Below, piece by piece: positions 25,545 to 34,719 of a stretch of DNA of 43,890 bases. The DNA is taken from contig JBJSZF010000520.1 of assembly GCA_046090125.1 (NCBI GenBank), positions 1-43,890 on the forward strand. The letters run 5' to 3'. Below the pieces are notes generated by a model. It was not told the DNA's origin. It saw nothing but the letters and a program-made list of their open reading frames with translations, and did no database searches. A program made the translations under genes and the position numbers. The stretch's first letter is position 1, and each line of letters starts with the position of its first letter. This DNA is from Verrucomicrobiota bacterium (GTDB lineage Bacteria > Verrucomicrobiota > Verrucomicrobiia > Limisphaerales > UBA9464).

Positions 25545-25657
25545 CTGGAGCGCGGCCGTCCCCGGCCGCCTCTTTGTCCTCCCCCTTTCGGTGCCGGTTC
25601 GCTCCCCGCATCGCCCGCCCATGTCACCAACCCCTTCGGGATGCACGGTGATGCACC
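25545..25657. repeat. Structured intergenic repeat, copy A (candidate ncRNA / cis-regulatory element; minus strand favoured)
   Basis: Aligns with 28202-28307 in the same orientation. Exact blocks: cggccgtccccggccg, cgctccccgcatc, cccatgtcaccaacc, cttcgggatgcac. The hairpin pattern is conserved (see findings). Confidence 0.7.
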
Positions 25658-25921
25658 CAAGCGATGGCGGTCGAGGCAGGTTTCAGGGCCGGGAAGGTGC
25701 CCTTCCCAACAGGACGGATCGGTGCGCACGTCGGAATCCGAGGTCCTCAACCTGCGGGTCAATTCATGGTGGACGACAGGGGACGGGTTGCGGCGTCCCC
25801 TGAACGGGCGTGGCTGTGCCACGACGGATGCGGCCGTCGCGACGTGGGAAGTCCGCCCCGGAACCCGTGCAATCCCTCGTGAGGAAGAGGCCACAAGGGC
25901 GTTCGCCAAACGTCCCGTGGC

Positions 25922-26692
25922 CTAGCGCACACGGATCATCAGCGCGTGCCCGTTCAGGTTGTGAATGACGTGTCGGTCATCGAGACGGCGATATTCCTCC
26001 ACGAGCTTCGCCACCCCGGTGCAGTAATGAAATCCATAGTCATCAAACACCACGACGCCCCCGGGGATCAGCCGCGGCCAAACCCAGTCCAGCACGCCTT
26101 TCGCGGAGTCGTACACGTCCACGTCGATGTGGCACAGGCTGAACTTCTGACCGGCGTGGATGAGGCCCCCGGTTTCGTCTGGGAAGATGCCCTTGAGCAC
26201 GCGGGTGGACGGATAGGCGCTCGTCCTTTTGATGAGCCCTTCCACCGTGTCCTGGCTCGTGTCGTGGTGTTCCCCACCGGTGTAGAAGGCGTCATTCGCC
26301 CCGGCTTTGGCCACGCCAGCGAACGTGTCGGCCAGGTAGAGGGTCGCCGGGCTTTTCAGATCCAAAAGTCGCCTCGCCATGACGGCGGCGGTTCCACCCC
26401 GCCAGACGCCCACTTCCAGGATGGCGGCTGCGGGGTCCAACTGCTGGACCTTTTCCACGAGCTGCCACAGCTCATGGCATCGATAGACATCCACCAAGGT
26501 GTGGCCCCGTATCTCACGGTGTATCGATTGAAAGGCCACGTCGCCCTCCCATGGGGCGTAGTTCGACTGGGGCAGGGTGAAGCCGTAGTGCAGGCCATCG
26601 ATGCTAAAGCTCGCCCTGCCGTTGTGCCGCGGCCGCTTGTAGAGGATGACGCCCGTGTGGTCGAAGAGGGTGCGGAGGATTCGCCGGATCAT
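25922..26692 (-). CDS. TylF/MycF-family (macrocin O-methyltransferase-like) class I SAM-dependent methyltransferase
   Basis: ORF track 256 aa, ATG verified. ILEVGVWRGGTAAVMA (SAM motif I)...YLADTFAG...CHIDVDVYDSAKGVLDWVWPRLIPGGVVVFDDYG is typical of the TylF family. Confidence 0.85.
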   Translation of the reverse strand: MIRRILRTLFDHTGVILYKRPRHNGRASFSIDGLHYGFTLPQSNYAPWEGDVAFQSIHREIRGHTLVDVYRCHELWQLVEKVQQLDPAAAILEVGVWRGGTAAVMARRLLDLKSPATLYLADTFAGVAKAGANDAFYTGGEHHDTSQDTVEGLIKRTSAYPSTRVLKGIFPDETGGLIHAGQKFSLCHIDVDVYDSAKGVLDWVWPRLIPGGVVVFDDYGFHYCTGVAKLVEEYRRLDDRHVIHNLNGHALMIRVR

Positions 26693-27000
26693 TTTGGAAG
26701 GGTGGTCATGGTCAACGGGGGGCGATCAAATCGTCGAAGGCTGCTGGGTGCCGGTGTCGGGCGGGGAGGCTTGGGAAATCGCAAGGACGTGCGGGCGATG
26801 GGAATGAGACGCGACGGACCGCTTCCTTTCATGGTGACGACGCCCTCCTCTCTCGGCCCTCCTGTTTGCTGACTCGAAGCTGCCTCACACTGGAAGGCAG
26901 TTACCACGATTCAGCGGGGCGTCGCAAGGAACGAGGTTCCTTCCTGGTCCCCACGCAACAAGTCAGCGAGGGGGTTTCGACCCGTGAGGGGGCCGTTTCC

Positions 27001-28083
27001 TCAGAGCCCGATGGCGGCCATGACGGCCTCGCGGGACGCGGCGCAGGTGAGGGGCTCGAAGCCAGCGACCTTGAGGGCCGTGTCGGGGTCCTTGAGGCCA
27101 TGGCCCGTCATGGTGGCGGTGACGAGGCTTCCCTCGGGGATTTCGTCGGCGGCTACGGCCTTGATGAGGCCGGCAATGGGCGCGGCGCACGCGGGCTCGA
27201 CCATCACGCCCTCGGTGCGTGCAAGGAGCTTGTAGGCATGGAGGATCTCGTCGTCGGTGACGGACCGGATGGATCCCTGCGAGTCGCGGGCGGCGTCGAT
27301 GGCCCCTTGCCACGAGGCGGGGTTCCCGATGCGGATGGCGGTGGCGACGGTCTCGGGGTGCTCGACGGGGTGGCCGAGGACGAGGGGGGCGGCCCCGGCG
27401 GCCTGCCAGCCCATCATGCGGGGGAGGGTGTCGGAGCGGCCGGCCTCGGCGTATTCCCGGAAGCCCTTCCAGTAGGCGGTGATGTTGCCGGCGTTGCCAA
27501 CGGGGAGGAAATGAAAGTCGGGCGCGTCGCCGAGCACGTCGCAGATCTCGAAGGCGGCGGTCTTCTGGCCCTCGATGCGGACGGGGTTGATGGAGTTGAC
27601 GACCTCGACGAGGCCGGTCTCGCCGAGCTCGCGCACGACGCGGAGGGCATCGTCGAAGTTGCCCTCGATGGAGACGGTGGTGGCTCCGTAGAGGAGGGCT
27701 TGGGCGAGCTTGCCGAGGGCGATCTTGCCCTTGGGGAGGAGCACGACGCACTTCATGCCGGCCCGCGCGGCATAGGCGGCGGCGGACGCGGAGGTGTTGC
27801 CGGTGGAGGCGCAGACGACGACCTGTGCCCCGCGTTCCTTGGCCTTGGTGATGGCCATCGTCATGCCGCGGTCCTTGAACGAGCAGGTGGGATTGAGGGC
27901 CTCGTACTTCAGGTAAAGGTCAAAGCGGCCACCGATGGCCTCGACCAGCGCGGGGGCAGGGATCAATGGCGTGTTGCCCTCCAGCAACGTCACGACCGGC
28001 GTCTCGGCGGTCACGGGCAGCAGGTCGGCGTAACGCCGGATCACGCCGGGCCACGGATAGGCGGGCTTCGGTGCCATGTTCAT
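27001..28083 (-). CDS. thrC: Threonine synthase
   Basis: ATG at 28083 (second ATG at 28077) gives [44 protein letters not shown]...[15 protein letters not shown] (PLP lysine motif)...[12 protein letters not shown]. The track ORF extends 233 codons upstream through non-coding DNA. Confidence 0.9.
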   Translation of the reverse strand: MNMAPKPAYPWPGVIRRYADLLPVTAETPVVTLLEGNTPLIPAPALVEAIGGRFDLYLKYEALNPTCSFKDRGMTMAITKAKERGAQVVVCASTGNTSASAAAYAARAGMKCVVLLPKGKIALGKLAQALLYGATTVSIEGNFDDALRVVRELGETGLVEVVNSINPVRIEGQKTAAFEICDVLGDAPDFHFLPVGNAGNITAYWKGFREYAEAGRSDTLPRMMGWQAAGAAPLVLGHPVEHPETVATAIRIGNPASWQGAIDAARDSQGSIRSVTDDEILHAYKLLARTEGVMVEPACAAPIAGLIKAVAADEIPEGSLVTATMTGHGLKDPDTALKVAGFEPLTCAASREAVMAAIGL

Positions 28084-28104
28084 GTCATGTCGTGTCGTGT
28101 CGTG
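28080..28104. repeat. Pentanucleotide tandem tract (TCRTG)5 = minus-strand (CAYGA)5 overlapping the thrC start
   Basis: Plus strand tcatg tcatg tcgtg tcgtg tcgtg. Read directly from the sequence. Confidence 0.8.
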
Positions 28105-28201
28105 TGCTTCCCATGGACGCGCGCTCAGCCCCATTGGACGGCGGAGGCTGGAAAACCCGGGCGTGAACGACAAGCCATTTGATGGCGTGGATGGCCCGAC
28201 G

Positions 28202-28307
28202 CTGGGAGCACGGCCGTCCCCGGCCGACTCTCCACGCTCCCGCCTTGCGGGATCCGTCCGCTCCCCGCATCCCGTTCCCATGTCACCAACCACTTCGGGA
28301 TGCACCC
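28202..28307. repeat. Structured intergenic repeat, copy B (in the thrC / coaB-like divergent spacer)
   Basis: See copy A. Here the gcatcccg/cgggatgc stem is a perfect 8 bp (28267-28274 / 28296-28303). Confidence 0.7.
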
Positions 28308-28401
28308 GGGCTCGGGGCGCGTCCCTGGGCATGGGTTGGCGCGTGGTGCGGGGCGCGGCGGCGATTGTCGGGCGGGCGTTGCCAGGATAGCCTGCGCAGA
28401 C

Positions 28402-29103
28402 GTGAACCGACCGTCCCCACTCCGTTGCCTCATCAGTGCCGGGCCGACCTCCGAGCCGATCGACGCCGTGCGGCGGATGACGAACTTCTCGACGGGGTCG
28501 CTGGGCACCCTGCTGGCAAACGCGCTGTCGATGGCCGGGCATGAGGTGGTGTTGATGCGGTCGCGGGCCGCCGTCGCGCCGCCGCCGGTATTCGCGGTGG
28601 AGGTGCAGCCATTCTCGACCGCCGAGGAGCTTCGCGGCCTGTTCGAGCGACGGGCGACGACGGAGCCGGTGTGGGTGTTGCACGCGGCCGCCGTGGGAGA
28701 CTTCCGGTGCGACGGCATTCATGCACGCGAGGCGGACGGGACGTTTCGGGCCGTGGTGGAGCCAAAGGTCTCGACGGGGCACGGCGAGCTTTGGATGCGG
28801 CTAAGCCCGACGCCGAAGGTGCTCTCGTTGATGCGGGGTTGGTTTCCGAACGGGCGCCTGGTGGGGTGGAAGTACGAGGCGAACGGGTCCCGAGCGGATG
28901 CGTTGGCGCGGGGCAGGGACCAACTGGTGTCCAACCGCACCGATGCGTGCGTGGTCAACGGTCCGGCGCACGGCCCGGGCTACACGGTCCTGCGGCCGGG
29001 CGAGGGGGACGCGTTGGTGCCCGACGCGTCGGCGTTGGCGGGGTGGCTGGCGGATTGGATGGCGAGGGACGGGCGGTCGGCGGCGGGAAATTCCCCATCT
29101 TAG
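28402..29103 (+). CDS. coaB: Stand-alone phosphopantothenate-cysteine ligase (CoaB / DFP C-terminal domain)-like protein
   Basis: GTG at 28402 gives [35 protein letters not shown]...HAAAVGDF...LVGWKYE...ACVVNG. This is collinear with the CoaB half of CoaBC (ITAGPTREPIDPVR-x-ISN-x-SSG...AAVADY...VGFAAE). No CoaC (flavoprotein decarboxylase) half is present. The track ATG at 28300 would run through repeat copy B. Confidence 0.75.
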   Translation: MNRPSPLRCLISAGPTSEPIDAVRRMTNFSTGSLGTLLANALSMAGHEVVLMRSRAAVAPPPVFAVEVQPFSTAEELRGLFERRATTEPVWVLHAAAVGDFRCDGIHAREADGTFRAVVEPKVSTGHGELWMRLSPTPKVLSLMRGWFPNGRLVGWKYEANGSRADALARGRDQLVSNRTDACVVNGPAHGPGYTVLRPGEGDALVPDASALAGWLADWMARDGRSAAGNSPS

Positions 29104-29141
29104 CCTTCCCTTTTGGGGCCGGGCCATGGGATAGGCACGGC

Positions 29142-30770
29142 GTGACTTCCCTCTTCTGGCAGAATATCGCGAAGACCCGCGTCGCCTGGGCGACGGGCGC
29201 TGGACTCGTTGGCATGGCCATGGCCTTCGTCCTTGGGTGTGGCGTGCCGGCCGCGTGCGCGGCCGACATCACGTGGCGGTTGCAGACGCGGGACCCGGCT
29301 ACGGGTGCAGTGCGGGTGCGGACCGAGACGGTGGACGCGCGGCGCGTGGGGGTGATCGCGGTGGACGTGTGGAACTATCATTGGTGCAAGACGGCGACGA
29401 TGCGGGTGGATGCGTTCGTGCCGCGAATCGACCAGGCGCTGGAGGCCGCGCGGGCGATGGGCATGACGGTGATGCTGTGTCCCAGCGACGTCGTGGAGAA
29501 CTACGCGGGCCATCCCCAGCGCGAGAAGGTGCTGGCCCTGCCCAAGGTCACCGTGCCGAGGCTGGTGGACGCCACCTGTCCGCCCGTGCCCGACGCCGGC
29601 GGGTGCGCCTGCGGACGCGAGCGCTGCGCCGGAAACTACGGGTGGGATGGGATGCACCCTGGGCTTCGCATCGGATCCGAGGACTGGATGCCAGACACGC
29701 AGGCGGAGGTGTATGCGATCTGCCAGCAACGGGGGCTCACGCATCTCCTGTATGTTGGTTTTCACACGCAGGTGTGCCTGCTCGGCAAGCCCATGGGCCT
29801 CCGTGCGATGAAGACCGCCGGGCTCCAGTGCGTGCTGGCGCGCGACATGACCGACGCCCACCCGGGCTATGACCCGTCGCGCGGATTCACGCCGGACCTG
29901 AACACGGAGCAGGTTGTCGAGCACTTCGAGAAGCACCTGGCGCCCACGATCCACCTGGCCGAAGAACTGGCCCGCGCCGGCCACTGGGACGGCAAGCGCT
30001 TGCTGGATCCGGTTCGCATCGCCCCTTGGGGAACGGCCATGCGCCCGCACCTCTTTGAGCAGCCCATCACCGTCACCCTGACCGCGCCGCTCCAGCCCGG
30101 GGCGCGGATCCATTACACGCTCGATGGCAGCGAGCCCACGCCTCGGTCGCCCGTGTACGAGACACCGTTCGTGGTTGCCGAGACCACCCGTGTCCGTGCC
30201 GTCGCCTTCAAGGGCCGGAAGCAGGTCGGGCTGGAGTCGGAAGGATCCTTTGCGCGGCTCGGGCCGGTGCCGCCCGTGCCGGACGTGCACGTGGCGGACC
30301 TCGTGCCCGTTCGCAACGTGGGCTTTGGGCACACCTACGGCGGCGTCGTGCGTTACTCGTCGGGCGCGCAGCCGCCGCAGAAGGATCGGTCGAACGAGGG
30401 CAAGCCATTGAAGATGGGACGCAAGGTGCACGCACGCGGGCTGGGGATGCGGGCCCCCAGCGCGGTGGCCTACGAGGTCCGGCCCGGGTACCAGCGGTTC
30501 GTGGGCCTTGCGGGCGTGGACGACAACGTCGTGGACGTCAGCAACGGGTCGAACCTGGCGCGACATCCCAGCGTGGTGTTCAAGGTGTTCATCGACGGCA
30601 AGGAGGCGGCGTCGAGCCCGGTGATGCGGGTGTTGTCCCTGGCGTGGCGCTTCGACGTCCCCATTCCCGACGGCGCGCGCGTCGTGACATTGGCCGTGAC
30701 CGACGCCGGGGATGGCTCCCGAGAGGACTTGGCCAACTGGGCCGACGCCGGGTTTGTGGTGCGGCGGTGA
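29142..30770 (+). CDS. Secreted isochorismatase-like cysteine hydrolase fused to a chitobiase/Fn3-associated domain and an NPCBM carbohydrate-binding module
   Basis: GTG at 29142 gives VTSLFWQ...GLVGMAMAFVLGCGVPAACA (signal/lipobox). VIAVDVWNYHWC...THLLYVGFHTQVCLLGKPMG...ARDMTDA is isochorismatase-like. ITVTLTAPLQPGARIHYTLDGSEPT is the Fn3-associated domain. The C-terminal ...KMGRKVHARGLGMRAPSAVAYEV...GVDDNV...VVFKVFIDG...LANWADAGF is NPCBM-like. Confidence 0.8.
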   Translation: MTSLFWQNIAKTRVAWATGAGLVGMAMAFVLGCGVPAACAADITWRLQTRDPATGAVRVRTETVDARRVGVIAVDVWNYHWCKTATMRVDAFVPRIDQALEAARAMGMTVMLCPSDVVENYAGHPQREKVLALPKVTVPRLVDATCPPVPDAGGCACGRERCAGNYGWDGMHPGLRIGSEDWMPDTQAEVYAICQQRGLTHLLYVGFHTQVCLLGKPMGLRAMKTAGLQCVLARDMTDAHPGYDPSRGFTPDLNTEQVVEHFEKHLAPTIHLAEELARAGHWDGKRLLDPVRIAPWGTAMRPHLFEQPITVTLTAPLQPGARIHYTLDGSEPTPRSPVYETPFVVAETTRVRAVAFKGRKQVGLESEGSFARLGPVPPVPDVHVADLVPVRNVGFGHTYGGVVRYSSGAQPPQKDRSNEGKPLKMGRKVHARGLGMRAPSAVAYEVRPGYQRFVGLAGVDDNVVDVSNGSNLARHPSVVFKVFIDGKEAASSPVMRVLSLAWRFDVPIPDGARVVTLAVTDAGDGSREDLANWADAGFVVRR

Positions 30771-30841
30771 CGCGCGGCGGCGGCGCATCATTCGCCTTGC
30801 CAGCCCCCGTTGGCGGGCTGCTCCACTTTGGGGCGTTGCAC

Positions 30842-33043
30842 ATGAACTCCTCGAAGCTCCCCCTTGCCCGCCTTGGCGCCCGCGTCGCCCGACTGGCGAC
30901 CGGCCTCCTGCTGGCCCTCTCAACAGCCCATGCTCGCGCGGCCGACGACCTCGTCGTGGCCGACTTCGAGGGCGATTCCTACGGGTCTTGGACGGCGACG
31001 GGCGATGCATTCGGGACCGCGCCCGCGCGGGGGGCGTTGCCTGGGCAGATGTCCGTGGGCGGCTTCCAGGGCAAGGGCTTGGTGAACTCGTTCCGTAACG
31101 GCGACGACGCCACCGGCGTGCTGACGTCGCCGCCCTTCGTCCTTCAGCGCCGCCATATCGCCTTCCTCATTGGCGGCGGTGCCAACCCCGACAAGCTTGC
31201 CTTGCAACTCCTCGTGGACGGCCGTGTCGTGCGTTCCGCCACCGGGGGCAACACGCACTCCGGCGGCAGCGAGGAACTGGCGCCCGAGTCCTGGGACGTC
31301 GCCGAGCTGTCGGGCAAGACCGCCGTCCTCCGCATCGTGGACGAAGCCAAGGGCGGATGGGGCCACCTCAACGTGGACCACGTCGTCCAAACGGATCGCA
31401 AGCCCCCGGGGCTCCGGCGCGACGCCTCCCGTGACGTGACGGCTGCGCATCGGTACCTGCTCTTCCCCATCAAGACCGGTGCCGCCAAGCGCGTGGTGAC
31501 GATCTCCGCGGGCGACCACGTGATCGTGCGCAACGACGTCGAGCTCGCCGCCGGCCCGGCCGAGTGGTGGGGCGTGATGGACGTCGGCCCGTGGCAGGGC
31601 CAGTCGCTGCGCGTGACGGTGGACCGCCTGCCGGAGGATTCCGGCGGGCTGTTGGCGATCCGGACCTCGGACACGTTGCCGGACGCGGCCACGCTCTATC
31701 GCGAGCCCTTGCGGGGGCAGTTGCACTTCTCGCCGCAACGTGGCTGGAACAACGACCCCAACGGCATGGTGTTCTTCAACGGCGAATACCACCTCTTCTT
31801 CCAGCACAACCCCTACGGCTGGGCCTGGGGCAACATGCACTGGGGCCACGCCGTCAGCCGCGACCTCGTCCGCTGGACCGAGCTGGGCGACGTCCTGATG
31901 CCCGATGTGTACGGGCCGATGTTCTCCGGGAGCGCCGTCGTGGACTGGAAGAACACCAGCGGCTTGGGCAAGGACGGCAAGCCGCCCCTCGTCCTCATCT
32001 ACACGGCGGCCGGCAACCCTACCGTCCAGTGCATCGCCTCCAGCACCGACGGCCGCACCTTCGCCAAGTACCCCGGCAACCCCATCCTCCCGCAGGTCAC
32101 CGGCGGCAACCGCGACCCCAAGGTCCTGTGGCACGCGCCCACCGGGAAATGGGTCATGGTCCTCTATGTCGAGCTTCCCGGGCGCGGCCACACGGTCCAC
32201 TTCTACACCTCGCCCAACCTCAAGGACTGGACCCTCGCCTCCGTGACCGATGGCGTCCGCGGCAGCAACTACCTCTACGAATGTCCCGACTTCTTCGAGC
32301 TGCCCGTCGATGGCAACCCGAGGAACAAGAAGTGGGTCCTCGCCGGGGCCAACACCGAGTACGCCGTCGGCACCTTCGATGGCACCCGCTTTACCCCCGA
32401 GCACTCGCGCCTGCCCGGCCAGCGTGGCAAGGGCTTCTACGCGCCCCAGACCTTCAGCGACATCCCCGCCCGCGACGGCCGCCGCATCCAGGTGGGCTGG
32501 TTCCAGACCGAGACCAAGGGCATGTCCTTCAACCAGGCCATGACCCTCCCGCTCGTCCTCACGCTCGTGTCCACGCCCGACGGCCCACGCCTCGCCTACA
32601 ACCCGGCCAAGGAGGTCCAGTCCCTCCGTCAACGCGGCCGCGTCCTGCGTAAGGTCGCCCTCGGCAGCAAGGGCTCCGACGCCACCCTGGCCCTCGGCGA
32701 GGCCGAGCTCGCCGAGGTGTCCGTCGAGTTCGAGCCCGGGCCGCACCCGGTTGTCCTCCAGGTGCGCGGCGCGGAGATCCGCTACGACGGCGCCCGGCAG
32801 GAGCTGTCCGTCCAAGGCCACAAGGCCCCCGCGCCCCTCCGCGGCAAGCGCCAGCGCATCATCGTCTTCTCCGACCGCACCGGCCTTGAGGTCTTCGCCA
32901 GCGACGGCCTGTGCTACGTGCCCATGCCCTTCCAGCCCAAGCCCGACGACCGCCGGGTCCTCGTCACGTCGCCCGAGGGGCCCGCACGCCTCGACCGCGT
33001 CGAGTTCCATCCCCTGAAATCGATCTGGCATCCGGCCCGCTGA
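30842..33043 (+). CDS. Glycoside hydrolase family 32 (levanase / beta-fructofuranosidase-type) with N-terminal beta-sandwich domains
   Basis: ATG at 30842 ([33 protein letters not shown] signal peptide). GH32 catalytic motifs: [54 protein letters not shown]. Confidence 0.9.
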   Translation: MNSSKLPLARLGARVARLATGLLLALSTAHARAADDLVVADFEGDSYGSWTATGDAFGTAPARGALPGQMSVGGFQGKGLVNSFRNGDDATGVLTSPPFVLQRRHIAFLIGGGANPDKLALQLLVDGRVVRSATGGNTHSGGSEELAPESWDVAELSGKTAVLRIVDEAKGGWGHLNVDHVVQTDRKPPGLRRDASRDVTAAHRYLLFPIKTGAAKRVVTISAGDHVIVRNDVELAAGPAEWWGVMDVGPWQGQSLRVTVDRLPEDSGGLLAIRTSDTLPDAATLYREPLRGQLHFSPQRGWNNDPNGMVFFNGEYHLFFQHNPYGWAWGNMHWGHAVSRDLVRWTELGDVLMPDVYGPMFSGSAVVDWKNTSGLGKDGKPPLVLIYTAAGNPTVQCIASSTDGRTFAKYPGNPILPQVTGGNRDPKVLWHAPTGKWVMVLYVELPGRGHTVHFYTSPNLKDWTLASVTDGVRGSNYLYECPDFFELPVDGNPRNKKWVLAGANTEYAVGTFDGTRFTPEHSRLPGQRGKGFYAPQTFSDIPARDGRRIQVGWFQTETKGMSFNQAMTLPLVLTLVSTPDGPRLAYNPAKEVQSLRQRGRVLRKVALGSKGSDATLALGEAELAEVSVEFEPGPHPVVLQVRGAEIRYDGARQELSVQGHKAPAPLRGKRQRIIVFSDRTGLEVFASDGLCYVPMPFQPKPDDRRVLVTSPEGPARLDRVEFHPLKSIWHPAR

Positions 33044-33077
33044 GCCCCTTCGCATCCCTCCCGCCCAAGGCCCGCCC

Positions 33078-34682
33078 ATGAAGTCCATGAAGCCACACGC
33101 TCCCACCCCGTTCCCCGGACGCGGTCTCGTCGCGTTGCTAGCGGTCGCATGGATGGCCTCGTGGGCACCCATCGTTGCCCGCGCCGCCGAGGCCCGATTT
33201 GAGAAGGACATCCAGGCGTTCGTCGCCGCCGACAAGGCCCGGCCGCCCGCGCGCGGCGGCATCCTGTTCGTGGGAAGCAGCGTCTTCCGCGAATGGACGA
33301 ACGTGGCCGTCGCCATGGCCCCGTGGCCCGTCGTCAACCGCGCCTTCGGGGGCTCCCGCACCGGCGACCAACTCGACCGATTCGAGCAGGTCGTGCTGCC
33401 CCATGCGCCGCGCGTGGTCGTCTATTACTGCGGCAGCAACGACCTCAAGGCCTGCGACGAGCCGGAGGCCATCTTCGCGCGCTTCAAGGCCTTCTCCGAC
33501 CGCCTGGGGCGCGAGCTTCCCGGCACGCGCCTGCTCTACGTCACCGCCACGCGCTCGCCTGACCGCGTCCCGTTGTGGGGTCGCGTGGACCATTACAACG
33601 CCCTCGTGCGCGCCCATTGCGTGGCCACGCCGGGTCATCGCTTCATCGACATCAACCCGGCCCTCGTGGACGCCCGCGGCACCCCCCGCGCGGACCTGTA
33701 CCGTGCCGACAACCTCCACTTCCACCCGCACGCCTACGACGTGTTCGCGTCGGTCATCCGGCCCGTGCTGGAGGTGGCGTGGAACGAGGCCAAGGCTGCG
33801 GCGCCCGCGCCGTCCAACGCGGCGACGGCTCCTTCGGCCAACGGCCTGCTCGACATCGAGGCCCATGTGACACATGGCTTCGCGACGAACGCCGGCGTTC
33901 GGATTCATTACGCGCGCATGGGCTCGGGTCCGCTCGCGGTCCTGATCCATGGCTTCCCGGATTGCTGGCTCGGTTGGCGGCATCAACTGCCCGCGTTGGC
34001 CCGGACGCATGAGGTCGTGGCCATCGACCAACGCGGCTACAACCTGAGCGACCAGCCCCGTGGGGCGGAGTCCTACGACATGGCGCGGCTCGTCGGCGAC
34101 GTGGAGGCCGTGATCCGCGCCCGGGGACGCGAGCGCGCCGTCGTCGTGGGCCATGACTGGGGCGGCGCGGTGGCGTGGAGCTTCGCGATGGCCCGCCCGG
34201 AGATGACGGAACGGCTGGTGGTGGTGAACCTGCCGCATCCGCGCTGGCTGCGGCGCGAGCTCGCGCGAAACCCCGAGCAGCAACGCAATAGCGCCTATGC
34301 CCGGCGCTTCCAGGAACCCGGCTCGCACGCGTCCCTCACGCCCGAGGGCCTGGCGGGCTGGGTACAGGACCCGCAGGTGCGTGCCCGCTATGTCGAGGCG
34401 TTCCGTCGTTCCAGCACCGAGGCCATGATGGCCTTCTACCAGCGCAACTATCCCCGCGAACCCTACACGGAGGACGCGTCGGAACCCGTTCCCGTCACGT
34501 GTCCCGTGCTGGTGTTCCATGGGTTGAAGGACCCGTACCTGCTGGCCGCCGGGCTGGACCGAACGTGGGAGCTGGTGCGCCAGCCGCTGACGCTGGTGAC
34601 GATCCCCGGGGCCTCGCATTGGGCGCACCACGACGCCGCCGAGCTGGTCACACGTTCCATGGTCGATTGGCTGGCGCGCTGA
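33078..34682 (+). CDS. Secreted fusion protein: SGNH/GDSL-type esterase + alpha/beta hydrolase (epoxide-hydrolase/haloalkane-dehalogenase-like fold)
   Basis: Signal peptide. SGNH blocks FVGSSV, FGGSRTG, YCGSNDL, DNLHFH. Ala/Pro/Ser linker. Then [19 protein letters not shown], ...GASHWAHHD. Confidence 0.85.
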   Translation: MKSMKPHAPTPFPGRGLVALLAVAWMASWAPIVARAAEARFEKDIQAFVAADKARPPARGGILFVGSSVFREWTNVAVAMAPWPVVNRAFGGSRTGDQLDRFEQVVLPHAPRVVVYYCGSNDLKACDEPEAIFARFKAFSDRLGRELPGTRLLYVTATRSPDRVPLWGRVDHYNALVRAHCVATPGHRFIDINPALVDARGTPRADLYRADNLHFHPHAYDVFASVIRPVLEVAWNEAKAAAPAPSNAATAPSANGLLDIEAHVTHGFATNAGVRIHYARMGSGPLAVLIHGFPDCWLGWRHQLPALARTHEVVAIDQRGYNLSDQPRGAESYDMARLVGDVEAVIRARGRERAVVVGHDWGGAVAWSFAMARPEMTERLVVVNLPHPRWLRRELARNPEQQRNSAYARRFQEPGSHASLTPEGLAGWVQDPQVRARYVEAFRRSSTEAMMAFYQRNYPREPYTEDASEPVPVTCPVLVFHGLKDPYLLAAGLDRTWELVRQPLTLVTIPGASHWAHHDAAELVTRSMVDWLAR

Positions 34683-34719
34683 GGCGCGCCCGGTTCCCCA
34701 ACCACGAGCCCCATCCACC

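Noticed and set aside
25405-25611. Similar-looking short peptides (MRGA...) from ORFs 25405..25611(-) and 28085..28270(-), which could suggest a duplicated small protein.
   Set aside because: The similarity comes from the DNA repeat. Indels between the two copies shift the frame within a few codons, so no common protein is encoded.
25664-25882. 72-aa plus-strand ORF in the long spacer downstream of repeat copy A.
   Set aside because: Third-position G/C content is clearly lower than in genuine genes of this window. The sequence has no motifs and would converge directly on the methyltransferase stop. I treat it as non-coding.
26693-27000. Hairpins in the thrC-methyltransferase spacer (aggaac-gag-gttcct near 26927-26941; ctgcct-...-aggcag near 26881-26901), considered as terminators or a third repeat copy.
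   Set aside because: Neither hairpin is followed by a T-tract on either strand, and there is no sequence similarity to the repeat. They may be weak terminators for thrC, but I cannot support a call.
28130-28200. Sigma-54-like motif upstream of repeat copy B (ctggaaaacccgggcg) to parallel the one upstream of copy A.
   Set aside because: The GG-to-GC spacing is off by one, and the -24 and -12 boxes deviate at several positions. Not credible.
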